From Clostridia bacterium (lineage in GTDB: Bacteria > Bacillota > Clostridia > UBA1381), in NCBI GenBank assembly GCA_045649025.1, contig JAZRPB010000025.1:38600-102599 (forward strand): 64,000 nucleotides of DNA, read 5' to 3'. How positions within the stretch are numbered: position 1 is the stretch's first letter; every line of letters begins with the position of its first letter. The position numbers and the translations under genes are program-made. Below the pieces are notes generated by a model. That model was not told where the DNA came from. It saw nothing but the letters and a program-made list of their open reading frames with translations, and searched no databases. Below are positions 17,955 through 27,538 of this stretch, piece by piece.

Positions 17955-18434
17955 TTACAGTTTTAGCTCTACTACCCTTTCTGTAGGCTCATATTGGCGA
18001 TACTTAACACCAACCATATCAAACATTCTTTTTGAGGCTGCTGTTGTAAAATCATTTGCATATTTGTCGCTATGATATATAACCTCTCTTATTCCGCTTT
18101 GGATTATTGCCTTTGCACACTCATTACAAGGAAACAGTGTTACATAAACTCTTGCACCGTTTAAACTTCCCACAGGTGCATTTAATATTGCATTAAGCTC
18201 TGCGTGGCACACATACACATACTTTGTATCAAGCGGCTCGCCAACTCTTTCCCATGGCATTTTATCGTCATCGCAGCCGGTTGGCATTCCGTTATAGCCT
18301 AAGGAGAGAATTTTGTTGTTTTTATCCACAATACATGCTCCCACCTGTGTATTATTATCTTTACTTCTTTGGGCACTTAAAAGTGCAATACCCATAAAGT
18401 ACTCATCCCAGGATATGTAATCGGTTCGTTTCAT
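17955..18434 (-). CDS. comEB: dCMP deaminase (ComEB type)
   Basis: 159 aa. Zinc-binding motifs HAELNAI and PCNECAK. Confidence 0.9.
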   Translation of the reverse strand: MKRTDYISWDEYFMGIALLSAQRSKDNNTQVGACIVDKNNKILSLGYNGMPTGCDDDKMPWERVGEPLDTKYVYVCHAELNAILNAPVGSLNGARVYVTLFPCNECAKAIIQSGIREVIYHSDKYANDFTTAASKRMFDMVGVKYRQYEPTERVVELKL

Positions 18435-18476
18435 AATTATTCGCTCCTTACTACTTAAAAAATATAACTATTTTTT

Positions 18477-18505
18477 ATTTTATCATATATAATTTGCAGT
18501 GTCAA
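18477..18505 (-). promoter_or_regulatory. Promoter upstream of comEB
   Basis: The minus strand reads TTGACA, a 17-nt spacer, then TG-n-TAAAAT. Confidence 0.5.
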
Positions 18506-18701
18506 CGGATTAAAATGATTTTTTTATGTATTTTTATTCAAATTACGAATAAATATTATTCATCAATGCAAAATCTCATTTTTTAACAATTTTATAACAA
18601 AATTGTTAAAATATTACTTATTGAAACACCTTGTCAAAATAATGTTATATGTGTTATAATATGTATGTAATTGTAATAATTATTATAGAAAGGTAAATCA
18701 A

Positions 18702-19217
18702 ATGAAGAGCGCATATGTATATTTACAGCTTTATAAGCTTTTTGACGAGGTAACACCTTTAAAAATTGATTGCGGTATGTTGTGTAACAAAGCCTGTTGC
18801 CAGGGTGACGACCAGGGTATGTTACTTTTCCCTGGTGAAGAAAATGTATATAAGCTATTTTCTCCAAAATGGGCAAAAACCGACAAGACGGATTTAAAAT
18901 ATACTTATAACGGCAAGGAATATAAAACTGATATTTTGTTTTGCAGCGGAAATTGCGACCGTTATCAGAGACCGCTTGCATGCCGTATATTCCCTCTTAC
19001 TCCCTATCTTAACAAAGACGGAGAGCTTGAGGTTATAGTGGACCCGCGTGCAAAGAGTATATGCAGAATATCGAAGCTTATGAATATTGATGAATTTGAC
19101 CCTGTATTTGTTAAGAATATACATCGTGCATTTGGGCTGCTTATGAAAAATAAACGTGTGTATGCCTTTTTAAAGAAATACTCCGAATATTTAGACGAAT
19201 ACAAAAGATTTTTTTAA
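18702..19217 (+). CDS. YkgJ/UPF0153-like cysteine-cluster (putative Zn/Fe-chelating) protein
   Basis: 171 aa. Cysteine cluster CGMLCNKACC near the N-terminus and a later CRIFPLTPY segment. Confidence 0.6.
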   Translation: MKSAYVYLQLYKLFDEVTPLKIDCGMLCNKACCQGDDQGMLLFPGEENVYKLFSPKWAKTDKTDLKYTYNGKEYKTDILFCSGNCDRYQRPLACRIFPLTPYLNKDGELEVIVDPRAKSICRISKLMNIDEFDPVFVKNIHRAFGLLMKNKRVYAFLKKYSEYLDEYKRFF

Positions 19218-19257
19218 ATAAATATAAATATACAAGGAAAGGATGAAATAACCATTT

Positions 19258-21204
19258 ATGGATAAGGATATAAACACACCATCAAATGTTGCTGATGAAA
19301 ACACAATCGACGAACAACTTACAATTGAAAGTATTAGTGAACAAGATGAACTTATAGGTGATACACAGGTTGTTGATGTAAAAAAAATCAAAGAGCTTTC
19401 ACAAAACACAGATACAACAAATAATATAACAACCGAAGCTGACACATCCACCGACGAAGAAGGCTCATCAAGCAATGAGCAAAACGAGGAAACCCCCGAA
19501 GCTTCACAGGAGGATATGACAGAGGACGACACTAAATACGAAGCAATCAATGAGGATACTGTAACCATTCCTTCAGACATTGACGTTGACGACGATGATT
19601 TTCCGGATATTACACCCGTTGATGATGACATAAATGAAAATGATGAAGCAGAAAACAAAATCGAGGAAATGGACGGTGAGGAACAAATCACTCTTGCTCA
19701 TAAGCCATCCCTGTCGGTATCATTTGCAAGGTTATGGCATGGTATATGCAATGTATTCACACCAAAGGTAAGAAAAATATTGTATATTATTTTATTGGTT
19801 GTATTTGTACTGTTCGTAGCCGGATATATATACTGTATGTCTAATTTACCAACCGATAAAATTGCAAGAAATGTATATATAGAAGATATTAACGTGAGTG
19901 GTATGACGTATGATGAGGCACTTGAAAAAATCAATAATTCGTCTTTATTTGATGACCAGATAATCACACTTACACACAGAGGTAACCGTTTTGAAATTAA
20001 CGGGAATGCAATAGGTCTTGTTGCAAGTCCTGAAGAAACCGTACAAAAAGCATTTGACTACGGAAAAGACGGCTCAAAATACAAAAACGGACTTATACTT
20101 TTAGGACTTCATCTTGCAAGACACACAGTTGTTCCCGTTGCACAGATTGAGGTTGAAAAATTAGACGAACAGCTACAGCAATTTGGTATACAGTGCTATG
20201 GCGAGCTTATGCAACACAACATAGTTGTTCAGGCAGACGGACTAACATACATTGGTCCGGGCAAAACAGGCTTTGATAACAACATTGAAGATGCACGAAA
20301 CAAGGTTATGGAAGCTTTAGATAATGAGCAATTCAAAAATATTTGGGTTCCTTTGGATAACTGTCCGCCCGACGATTTAACAATGGAGGCATTTGATGCG
20401 GCAGTATACTGCGACCCCATTGATTCATATTTTAAATATGAGGGCGACGAGGTTATAGTTGTTGAGGAATCCATAGGCAGATATATAAACAAAGAAGAGG
20501 CGGCACCGCTTCTTGAAACAGTGCACGAGGGCGGAGAGCCTGTTTATATCCCATGGTATCCGTCGGAGCCGCAAATATACAAAACAGATATAGAGCCAAA
20601 GCTATTTAACGCCACACTTGGCTCATTCTCAACATATTACGGCGGAACATACAACAGAAATGCTAACGTTGTGCGTGCAGCATCACTGTTAAACGGTGCA
20701 ATTGTACCTCCAGGTGAAGTACTTTCGTTTAACGACAGAGTTGGTCCAAGAACAACAGCAAACGGTTTCTATACCGCACCTGAATATCAAAATGGTGAGT
20801 CTGTAATAGGAATTGGCGGCGGAACCTGTCAGGTTAGCACAACTCTATATGGTGCAGTTCTATACTCGGCTCTTGATATAACATCAAGAACCTGTCATAT
20901 GTTCGCAGTAGGTTATGCACCGCTTGGTCAGGATGCAACTGTTGCATATGGAAGTGTTGATTTTAAGTTTAAAAACAACTCCGATTACCCAATAAAAGTT
21001 GTTGCACAAACAAACGGCGGCACAATAACCGTTAGTATTGTGGGAACTGCGTGGGAGCCTGCTAAAACAGTTAAGCTTAGCCATTCAGTTTCACAGGGCA
21101 CAGGCACATCGGTTACATCAAGAAGATACATTTATTCAAACGGCGAGCTTATAAAAACAGAGCAGCTGCCGTCAAGCTACTATAAGCCTCACGAAGAACA
21201 TTAA
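19258..21204 (+). CDS. VanW-domain protein with an acidic N-terminal region and one TM helix
   Basis: 648 aa. D/E/T-rich first ~150 aa, TM segment ILYIILLVVFVLFVAGYIY, and a C-terminal VanW-like region (GGGTCQVSTTLY). Confidence 0.8.
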   Translation: MDKDINTPSNVADENTIDEQLTIESISEQDELIGDTQVVDVKKIKELSQNTDTTNNITTEADTSTDEEGSSSNEQNEETPEASQEDMTEDDTKYEAINEDTVTIPSDIDVDDDDFPDITPVDDDINENDEAENKIEEMDGEEQITLAHKPSLSVSFARLWHGICNVFTPKVRKILYIILLVVFVLFVAGYIYCMSNLPTDKIARNVYIEDINVSGMTYDEALEKINNSSLFDDQIITLTHRGNRFEINGNAIGLVASPEETVQKAFDYGKDGSKYKNGLILLGLHLARHTVVPVAQIEVEKLDEQLQQFGIQCYGELMQHNIVVQADGLTYIGPGKTGFDNNIEDARNKVMEALDNEQFKNIWVPLDNCPPDDLTMEAFDAAVYCDPIDSYFKYEGDEVIVVEESIGRYINKEEAAPLLETVHEGGEPVYIPWYPSEPQIYKTDIEPKLFNATLGSFSTYYGGTYNRNANVVRAASLLNGAIVPPGEVLSFNDRVGPRTTANGFYTAPEYQNGESVIGIGGGTCQVSTTLYGAVLYSALDITSRTCHMFAVGYAPLGQDATVAYGSVDFKFKNNSDYPIKVVAQTNGGTITVSIVGTAWEPAKTVKLSHSVSQGTGTSVTSRRYIYSNGELIKTEQLPSSYYKPHEEH

Positions 21205-21249
21205 AAAGAGTGTTGTTTAGAAACACTGTTTCTAAACAACACTCTTTTT
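21203..21249. terminator. Bidirectional terminator (perfect 22-bp stem) between the VanW gene and pfp
   Basis: 21203-21224 pairs perfectly with 21228-21249 around loop ACT. The A-run and T-run lie in the arms. Confidence 0.8.
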
Positions 21250-21262
21250 CTTAATTTCCTGG

Positions 21263-21294
21263 CTTTTGCGATCTGCGCTTTTTTAACATCCCCT
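21263..21294. repeat. Short dispersed repeat (pairs with 46380-46412)
   Basis: CTTTTGCGATCTGCGCTTTTTTAACATCCCCT compares with CTTTTTGCGGTCTGCGCTTTTTTTACATCCCCT at 46380-46412. It lies just 3' of the pfp stop. Confidence 0.45.
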
Positions 21295-21305
21295 AGTACA
21301 AATTT

Positions 21306-22526
21306 TTATGCAAGGCTTCTTATATGCTTTGGCAAGCCATCCTCCATAATTGGTGTCATTTCACCCATTATTAACGGACGTGCATATACCATAAATTCAT
21401 TTGAAACATTTGTGCCGTTATCTGTTATCCATTCTGTTGGCACAAGTCTTTCTACGTTTGCAATGTCATTTATATTACACATTTCAACTGTTATTTCGTA
21501 TGGCTCATCGCTTAATCTCTTAAATATAGCCATTTTTCCAGTTTCACCCTTACTTGCTGCCACAAGTGCCATAAAGCCTGCATCGTATGCTTCGTCTATA
21601 TCATTTTTGGACGCAATATGCGATGCACAACGTTGAAGTGTTGAAAGTATAATTCCTCTTGCTTTTATTTTAGCATCTCTCACAATCATATCCGATAATG
21701 TGAGTGCAACGTTACCGAGCATTTTATGACCAAACGCATCTATTGCTGCATTTTGTGCCTCACCCATCGGTATGCCATTTTCATCACGCACACCCTCCGA
21801 CAGTGCCACTATAACTGCACTCTTTCTCTTTTTAACCTCCATAATATCATTAAGGAACTTTTCATAGTTAAATGGTGTTTCGGGAAGATAAATTAAATCA
21901 GGGCCATTACAATCGCTTGTTTTTGAAAGAGCAGACGCAGCAGTCAGCCAGCCCGCATTTCTGCCCATTATTTCAACTATTGTTACTGCGTCTAACGTGT
22001 ACACACTTGAATCGAGTATGATTTCCTTCATTGATGATGCAATATATTTTGCCGCACTGCCGTATCCGGGAGTATGGTCTGTAAAAGCAAGGTCATTATC
22101 AATTGTTTTAGGAACACCAATAAAGGTTATATCGCTTTTGATTGTGGCTGCATATTGAGAAAGCTTTTTAACGGTATCCATTGAGTCGTTACCGCCTATA
22201 TAAAAGAAATGCTTTACATCGAGTTTATCTAAAATTTTAAAGATTTTTTTATACACTGCCTCGTCCTTTTCATATGACGGAAGCTTATATCTGCAGCTGC
22301 CAAGATATGACGAGGGAGTACGCTTTAAAAGCTCAATATCCATATCGGAGCATATATATTTACTCATATCAACATATCTTTCGTTTAGTAAGCCCTCAAT
22401 ACCGTTAAGCATACCATACACACATCCGCAACCAAGCTTTTTAGCGCCGTCAAACACACCCGCAAGGCTTGAGTTAATAGCTGCTGTTGGTCCTCCTGAT
22501 TGCCCTACTATAACATTACCTATCAT
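21306..22526 (-). CDS. pfp: 6-phosphofructokinase, likely pyrophosphate-dependent
   Basis: 406 aa PFK-A family. GGNDS in place of GGDGS, and PKTIDND in place of PGTIDND (Asp104/Lys124-type signature in E. coli PfkA numbering). Confidence 0.88.
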   Translation of the reverse strand: MIGNVIVGQSGGPTAAINSSLAGVFDGAKKLGCGCVYGMLNGIEGLLNERYVDMSKYICSDMDIELLKRTPSSYLGSCRYKLPSYEKDEAVYKKIFKILDKLDVKHFFYIGGNDSMDTVKKLSQYAATIKSDITFIGVPKTIDNDLAFTDHTPGYGSAAKYIASSMKEIILDSSVYTLDAVTIVEIMGRNAGWLTAASALSKTSDCNGPDLIYLPETPFNYEKFLNDIMEVKKRKSAVIVALSEGVRDENGIPMGEAQNAAIDAFGHKMLGNVALTLSDMIVRDAKIKARGIILSTLQRCASHIASKNDIDEAYDAGFMALVAASKGETGKMAIFKRLSDEPYEITVEMCNINDIANVERLVPTEWITDNGTNVSNEFMVYARPLIMGEMTPIMEDGLPKHIRSLA

Positions 22527-22585
22527 TTCTCTATCTCCTTTGTATATTATAAATTATCTGCACTTAAATATTCAATTGAGCATTT

Positions 22586-23140
22586 TTAAATCAGATGCTC
22601 AATAAGTGTTTTTGTTCCTATTGCAATAAGCATTAAGCCGCCTATTATTTCTGCTCTGTCCTCTAAAATATCTCCTGATTTTGCGCCAATATAAAGTCCG
22701 GCAAAAGAGAAAACAAATGCAACAACTCCAATTATGATTGATGGCATAAGAATTGATGTGCCAACTGCTGCAATTGTTATACCCGCGGCAAGTGCATCTA
22801 TGCTTGTTGCTATTGCCATCATTAGTAAAACCGAGAAACCAAGCGGATTTTTAGGAATTTCCTTTTCTTCTTTTCTTGCATCAACAATCATTTTAATTCC
22901 TAAAAATAAAAGCAGGAAGAAGGCAATCCAGTGGTCTATTGCTTCTATGTAATCCATTGCAAAATTTGCAAGAAAACTGCCTATACACGGCATAATAAAC
23001 TGAAAGAAGCCAAAGAAAAGACCAATCTTTAATGCATTAGTTACCCTTACCTTTTTTAAAATTATGCCGTCTGTTATGCTTACACCAAAAGCATCCATAG
23101 CCAGCGCAACCGCTAAAATAAAAATTGAAATTAAATCCAA
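22586..23140 (-). CDS. mntP: Manganese efflux pump MntP
   Basis: 184 aa. Two internal repeats with ALAMDAFGVS and ATSIDALAAG motifs. TTG start preceded by AGGGGGA. Confidence 0.88.
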   Translation of the reverse strand: MDLISIFILAVALAMDAFGVSITDGIILKKVRVTNALKIGLFFGFFQFIMPCIGSFLANFAMDYIEAIDHWIAFFLLLFLGIKMIVDARKEEKEIPKNPLGFSVLLMMAIATSIDALAAGITIAAVGTSILMPSIIIGVVAFVFSFAGLYIGAKSGDILEDRAEIIGGLMLIAIGTKTLIEHLI

Positions 23141-23266
23141 TTATAATCCCCCTAATTATACATATATATTATTTATATTTATCACATTTAAAGCTATTCA
23201 TAATATCATTTATAATAACACAAAAAGAAAAACAACATAAAATTGATGTTTTTCCTTTTGAATAGA

Positions 23267-24454
23267 CTATCTTTGATTTTCCAGTGACAGTATTAAATCC
23301 ACATTTTTAAGCTCAATCTTGTTAAGATTTACAGCTTCATTGTTATAATTATACTTTGGATTTTCTTTATACCATGACTTTGACTTAAAATAGTCGCTGT
23401 ATTCTTTTATTTTAAAGCTTCTGCCGTGACGTGCATATATTTCATTTCTTGCTATTCCAAGCTCTTTTTTTGTAAGCTTTGAAAGGTCGCTCTTTGTAAG
23501 ATATCTTATGCCCGAATCAGGAACAATATATCCGTCGGCATCATAATATGTCAGACTTGAAATATCATATATTGTACTGCCGTTATATGTTTGGGCTGTG
23601 GGAGCAGCAGTTAGTGTGATATACTTACCGTTAATCATACTTGTAACACTGCCCTGTGAAACATACGCATAGTATGTTGTGTTATTAGTAACAAACGTCA
23701 TAAGAGACTTGTTTGTTGCTTTATCTATTATAACCTCGCCACCAACTGCAAGAACAGATGTTAAATTAGCATTTACAACTCCGCTTGTTTTTGATGGTGT
23801 TTTATAAGATGTGCCGCCTGTTCCCTTTCTGCTTTCACCGTTATTTGACACAGGTGTGCTTGGCTTTTGAGTAGCAGTTGACTGTACAGGTGCTGTTGGT
23901 TTCTTTGTTGCAGAAGGCTGTACACTATTACTCTGTACTTGTGTAGCACTTTGTGTTTGATTTGATACCACATTTTCACTATCAGCCTGTGCTGTTGGAG
24001 CTGGCGTAGCCTCCTCTGGTCCGGGACTGCTTGTTGGTGCCAACGTAGGCCTTATTGTTGCCACAGGTGTAGCAGTGGGTGTTGGGTCTATATTGGGGTC
24101 CTGTCCCTTAAGTAAATATGCCGCCGTTGCCGCCGCAGCTGCAACAATTAAACAAACAACAACTATAACAATTGTTCTGTTTCGCTTTTCACGTTTTCTT
24201 TTTAACTCACGTCTTTCATTAATTTCAGAAAGCTGCTGTTGCTTTTCATCAATGGCCTTTTGTGCCTGATTTTGACGTTTTTGCTTGTTTTCTTCAAATA
24301 TTTCGTGAGTTGAACGCTGTTGTTTTTCAACAGTTTCTTCGGGTTGCTCAATAATCTCTTCCTCAACAATAACAGGTGTTTCAAAGTTCTCACCGCAGAA
24401 TTCACATACTGTTGCATTATCGTCAATTTGAGCTCCGCATTTTTTACATAGCAT
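23267..24454 (-). CDS. Zinc-ribbon / TM / P,T,S-rich linker / YARHG-domain protein
   Basis: 395 aa. N-terminal CKKCGAQIDDNATVCEFCG, a TM helix (IVIVVVCLIVAAAAATAAYLL), and a C-terminal EIYARHGRSF (YARHG) domain. Confidence 0.75.
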   Translation of the reverse strand: MLCKKCGAQIDDNATVCEFCGENFETPVIVEEEIIEQPEETVEKQQRSTHEIFEENKQKRQNQAQKAIDEKQQQLSEINERRELKRKREKRNRTIVIVVVCLIVAAAAATAAYLLKGQDPNIDPTPTATPVATIRPTLAPTSSPGPEEATPAPTAQADSENVVSNQTQSATQVQSNSVQPSATKKPTAPVQSTATQKPSTPVSNNGESRKGTGGTSYKTPSKTSGVVNANLTSVLAVGGEVIIDKATNKSLMTFVTNNTTYYAYVSQGSVTSMINGKYITLTAAPTAQTYNGSTIYDISSLTYYDADGYIVPDSGIRYLTKSDLSKLTKKELGIARNEIYARHGRSFKIKEYSDYFKSKSWYKENPKYNYNNEAVNLNKIELKNVDLILSLENQR

Positions 24455-24553
24455 AAAAACTACCTCCGTTCTTAATATGCATATCTACTATTCTACATTA
24501 TATAACATTTATTATCAATAGTCAATAACGATACTATTACAATAATGCTACAA

Positions 24554-25126
24554 TTATTTGTCTTTTTTTTCTTGCTTATACACAAGCTTTTGTATATGCT
24601 CGCCAAGTAAAAATCCACGACAGCCTGCTATGTAACCAACTACTGTTGATACAATCGGTACAATCACCCAGAAGGCAAACGAGTACATCATTACATAACC
24701 CTTGCTTGCACCAATTATTCCAACATAGGGATATGTCCATATAGAAAATACAAAATTAGTGAGTACAGTTACTACAAAGTTTATGCCACCCTCTATGCCA
24801 AGGTGTTTCCATACAAGTGAATACAGTGTAAAAAGTACAAATGTTATTGCGCATATTACCACACCCCATAAAAAAGACTTAAACACATTCGGCTTTAATC
24901 TTGAATATGGTTTATTATCTGCAATCGCCAGTTCATTTGCACCATAATATAGCATAAAGGCATAGATAAGTATGAAAAGAACCGAAAAAATTTCCTTTAG
25001 CGGTGATTTATCAAATGCCCACGAAAATACCATCATAAGCACAAACGCTATTGCACACCCTGCAAGATGCTGCAGCAGCATATATTTAAATTGATATGGT
25101 ATTGTCATTTTTGTTGTTTCTCTCAT
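24554..25126 (-). CDS. Polytopic membrane protein, hypothetical
   Basis: 190 aa with several hydrophobic helices and an SD upstream. No motif that I recognise. Confidence 0.5.
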   Translation of the reverse strand: MRETTKMTIPYQFKYMLLQHLAGCAIAFVLMMVFSWAFDKSPLKEIFSVLFILIYAFMLYYGANELAIADNKPYSRLKPNVFKSFLWGVVICAITFVLFTLYSLVWKHLGIEGGINFVVTVLTNFVFSIWTYPYVGIIGASKGYVMMYSFAFWVIVPIVSTVVGYIAGCRGFLLGEHIQKLVYKQEKKDK

Positions 25127-25146
25127 TTTTACATTATCTCCTTATA

Positions 25147-26340
25147 TTAATTTTTTGCACTTTCTCTTCCGGCAACATACCCCGATGACCACGCCCATTG
25201 CAGATTATATCCGCCGCAATCGCCGTCTATATCAAGTATCTCGCCACAAAAATATAGGCCCTTATGTTTTTTTGACTCTAACGTGTAACTGTTAATCTCA
25301 TTTGTTTTTATACCGCCACGGGTAACCTGTGCATTATTCCAAGACATAGTACCCGAAACTCTAAATTTCCATCTTTTGAGTGATTGTGCAATTGCTTCAA
25401 CTTCAGCTTGAGTTAATGCAGAAGCTTTCTTTGAAAGAGGCTCTATTCCAATACTCTTTAAAAACACCTGACCAATTCTTTTATTGAGCATACCAACAAA
25501 GAAATTTTCCATTTCAGTATTCTTTAATGCTTCAACACGTTTTTTTGTTATATTTAGTACATCGTTTTTTGAGTATTTAGGCATTATATCAATTTCTATT
25601 ATATCGCCTGTGTTTACATATGCCGACATTTCAAAGGCAGGCACACCCGATAATCCATATTCTGTAAATAAAAGCTCGCCGTCCTTTGTTACATTTTGTG
25701 ATGTGAGTGAGCACTGAAGCTTTAATCCTTTAAGCTTTTTAGCTACATCACCCTCTGTTTTTATCTGGACAAGCGACGGAGTAAGCTTTGTTATACTGTG
25801 TCCGAGCTTTGTGGCTATATCGTAGCCGCTTCCATTTGAGCCAAGCGATGGTGAGGCCTTTCCGCCCGCTGCAACAATTGCTCTCTCGCAAAAAGCTCTT
25901 TGTCCTGTATACGATATGATTTCGTAGCCGTTTTTTAACGGTTTTAGCTCTTTTACTTCAAAATCCGTTTTTACCTCAATGCCCATCTCATTTATTGCAT
26001 TTCGCAAAACATCAAGAACAGATGTGGCGGTATCTGAATATGGATACACTCTCCCCTTTTCTTCAACCTTATACATAAGGCCAAGCTTTTCAAAGTATGC
26101 AAGTGTTTCGCTAACCCAAAACTGCGACTTCACGTCATCAATAAAGCTATTATCTTCACCGTGATAATTTCGTGTTTTTGCGTTTAGATTTGTCATATTG
26201 CAACGTCCGTTACCTGTTGCAAGTATTTTTCTTCCAACTCTGTCGCATCGTTCATAAATGGTAACAGAAGCACCATTTTGAGCTGCTGTAAGTGCACCAA
26301 TTAACCCCGAAGCACCGCCGCCAATTACTGCAACAATCAT
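25147..26340 (-). CDS. NAD(P)/FAD-dependent oxidoreductase, HI0933/YhiN (BaiN-like) family
   Basis: 397 aa. VIGGGASGL dinucleotide fold, ATGNGRCNMTN motif, and C-terminal GEILDIDGDCGGYNLQWAWSSG. Confidence 0.85.
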   Translation of the reverse strand: MIVAVIGGGASGLIGALTAAQNGASVTIYERCDRVGRKILATGNGRCNMTNLNAKTRNYHGEDNSFIDDVKSQFWVSETLAYFEKLGLMYKVEEKGRVYPYSDTATSVLDVLRNAINEMGIEVKTDFEVKELKPLKNGYEIISYTGQRAFCERAIVAAGGKASPSLGSNGSGYDIATKLGHSITKLTPSLVQIKTEGDVAKKLKGLKLQCSLTSQNVTKDGELLFTEYGLSGVPAFEMSAYVNTGDIIEIDIMPKYSKNDVLNITKKRVEALKNTEMENFFVGMLNKRIGQVFLKSIGIEPLSKKASALTQAEVEAIAQSLKRWKFRVSGTMSWNNAQVTRGGIKTNEINSYTLESKKHKGLYFCGEILDIDGDCGGYNLQWAWSSGYVAGRESAKN

Positions 26341-27470
26341 TTCTTTACCCTTTCTTCATACATTGCAGTTACTTCCTGAAATAAAATTCTTAAAACTGCA
26401 ACAACAGGAACTGAAATAAGCATACCAATAAATCCAAACAACGAGCCGCCAACTGTGACAGCTATTATAATTAACAACGGACGTATTTCAAGTGTGTCAC
26501 CCATAACCTTGGGTCCTAAAATATTGCCGTCTATCTGCTGCAGTATAAGCAAAATTATTGCAACAGTTACACCCTTTATAAGACCGCTTGTTATAATTGA
26601 AACCACAATGGCAGTAACGCTTGCAATTATTGAACCAAAGTATGGAATCAAATCCATTGCACCAATAAAAAGTCCGAGTATGAGTGCGTATTTGATATCA
26701 AGCAGCGATAACACAATTATTGAAACTGCCGCCATTATACCGCAACAAATCAATCTTGAGTATATATAATTTGTAAAAATTTCATTTACCTGTCTTGAAT
26801 GAACTAAAACACCATCAAGACGTTCTTGCTTTATAAAAATAGCACAAAAGCTTATTAATGCTTTTTTTATTCTATCCTTATCCAAAAGCATATAAACAGA
26901 AGCTATTAGGGCAATCACAATATTTAACAGGCTTGATGTTATATTAACAACACCCATTGCATACTTACCCACCTGTGAGGCATCAAAACCGCCAACAAGC
27001 TTATTTATTGCGTTTGTAATATGCTGTGCACTGTTTTCAAATAAATTACTGTTGCCAAACATTTCGTATTGGCTCAATTTTGTGATAGCCAAATCAATAA
27101 GCTTTGGTATATCCGACATCAAATCTACCAAGCTCATATACATAGACGGAAGCAGGTATGATGCTATCCACATCAGTACACCTACACCTATTAAATAAAC
27201 AATTAATATACTTAAGCCCCACGAATGTTTTTTTAGGATTTCACAATGCTTAAATTTTAAATTATCTATTAGACCTTTAATTTTCTTTGCGGGCAGGTTA
27301 AAAACATATGCAATTATAAATGCTGCAAAAAACGGTTTAAACGCAGATAAGACAGTACCAATAATACTGCCTATATCTCTTATGTTATCAAAGGTTTTAT
27401 AAACGGTTATAACCGCAACTGCAAAAATAAATGCAACAACCCATCTTGAATATTCCTTTAATTTTCTCAT
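26337..27470 (-). CDS. AI-2E family transporter (PerM/YtvI-like permease)
   Basis: 377 aa polytopic protein with a conserved DLIPYFG-type segment. Its stop overlaps the next start (ATGA). Confidence 0.85.
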   Translation of the reverse strand: MRKLKEYSRWVVAFIFAVAVITVYKTFDNIRDIGSIIGTVLSAFKPFFAAFIIAYVFNLPAKKIKGLIDNLKFKHCEILKKHSWGLSILIVYLIGVGVLMWIASYLLPSMYMSLVDLMSDIPKLIDLAITKLSQYEMFGNSNLFENSAQHITNAINKLVGGFDASQVGKYAMGVVNITSSLLNIVIALIASVYMLLDKDRIKKALISFCAIFIKQERLDGVLVHSRQVNEIFTNYIYSRLICCGIMAAVSIIVLSLLDIKYALILGLFIGAMDLIPYFGSIIASVTAIVVSIITSGLIKGVTVAIILLILQQIDGNILGPKVMGDTLEIRPLLIIIAVTVGGSLFGFIGMLISVPVVAVLRILFQEVTAMYEERVKK

Positions 27471-27490
27471 TTATATAACACTCTCTTTTA

Positions 27491-27530
27491 AAAATACAGG
27501 CAAACCGCCTTTTTGGTCTGCCTGTATTTT
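27491..27530 (-). terminator. Terminator downstream of the SLH protein gene
   Basis: Arms AAAATACAGGCA (27491-27502) / TGCCTGTATTTT (27519-27530), followed by a T-rich tract on the minus strand. Confidence 0.65.
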
Positions 27531-27538
27531 GTTATGAT

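Noticed and set aside
23141-23266. yybP-ykoY manganese riboswitch upstream of mntP.
   Set aside because: The 126-nt spacer is almost pure AT with no conserved four-helix core. It contains only a probable terminator of the upstream gene (GAAAAACA/TGTTTTTC arms) and the AGGGGGA SD.
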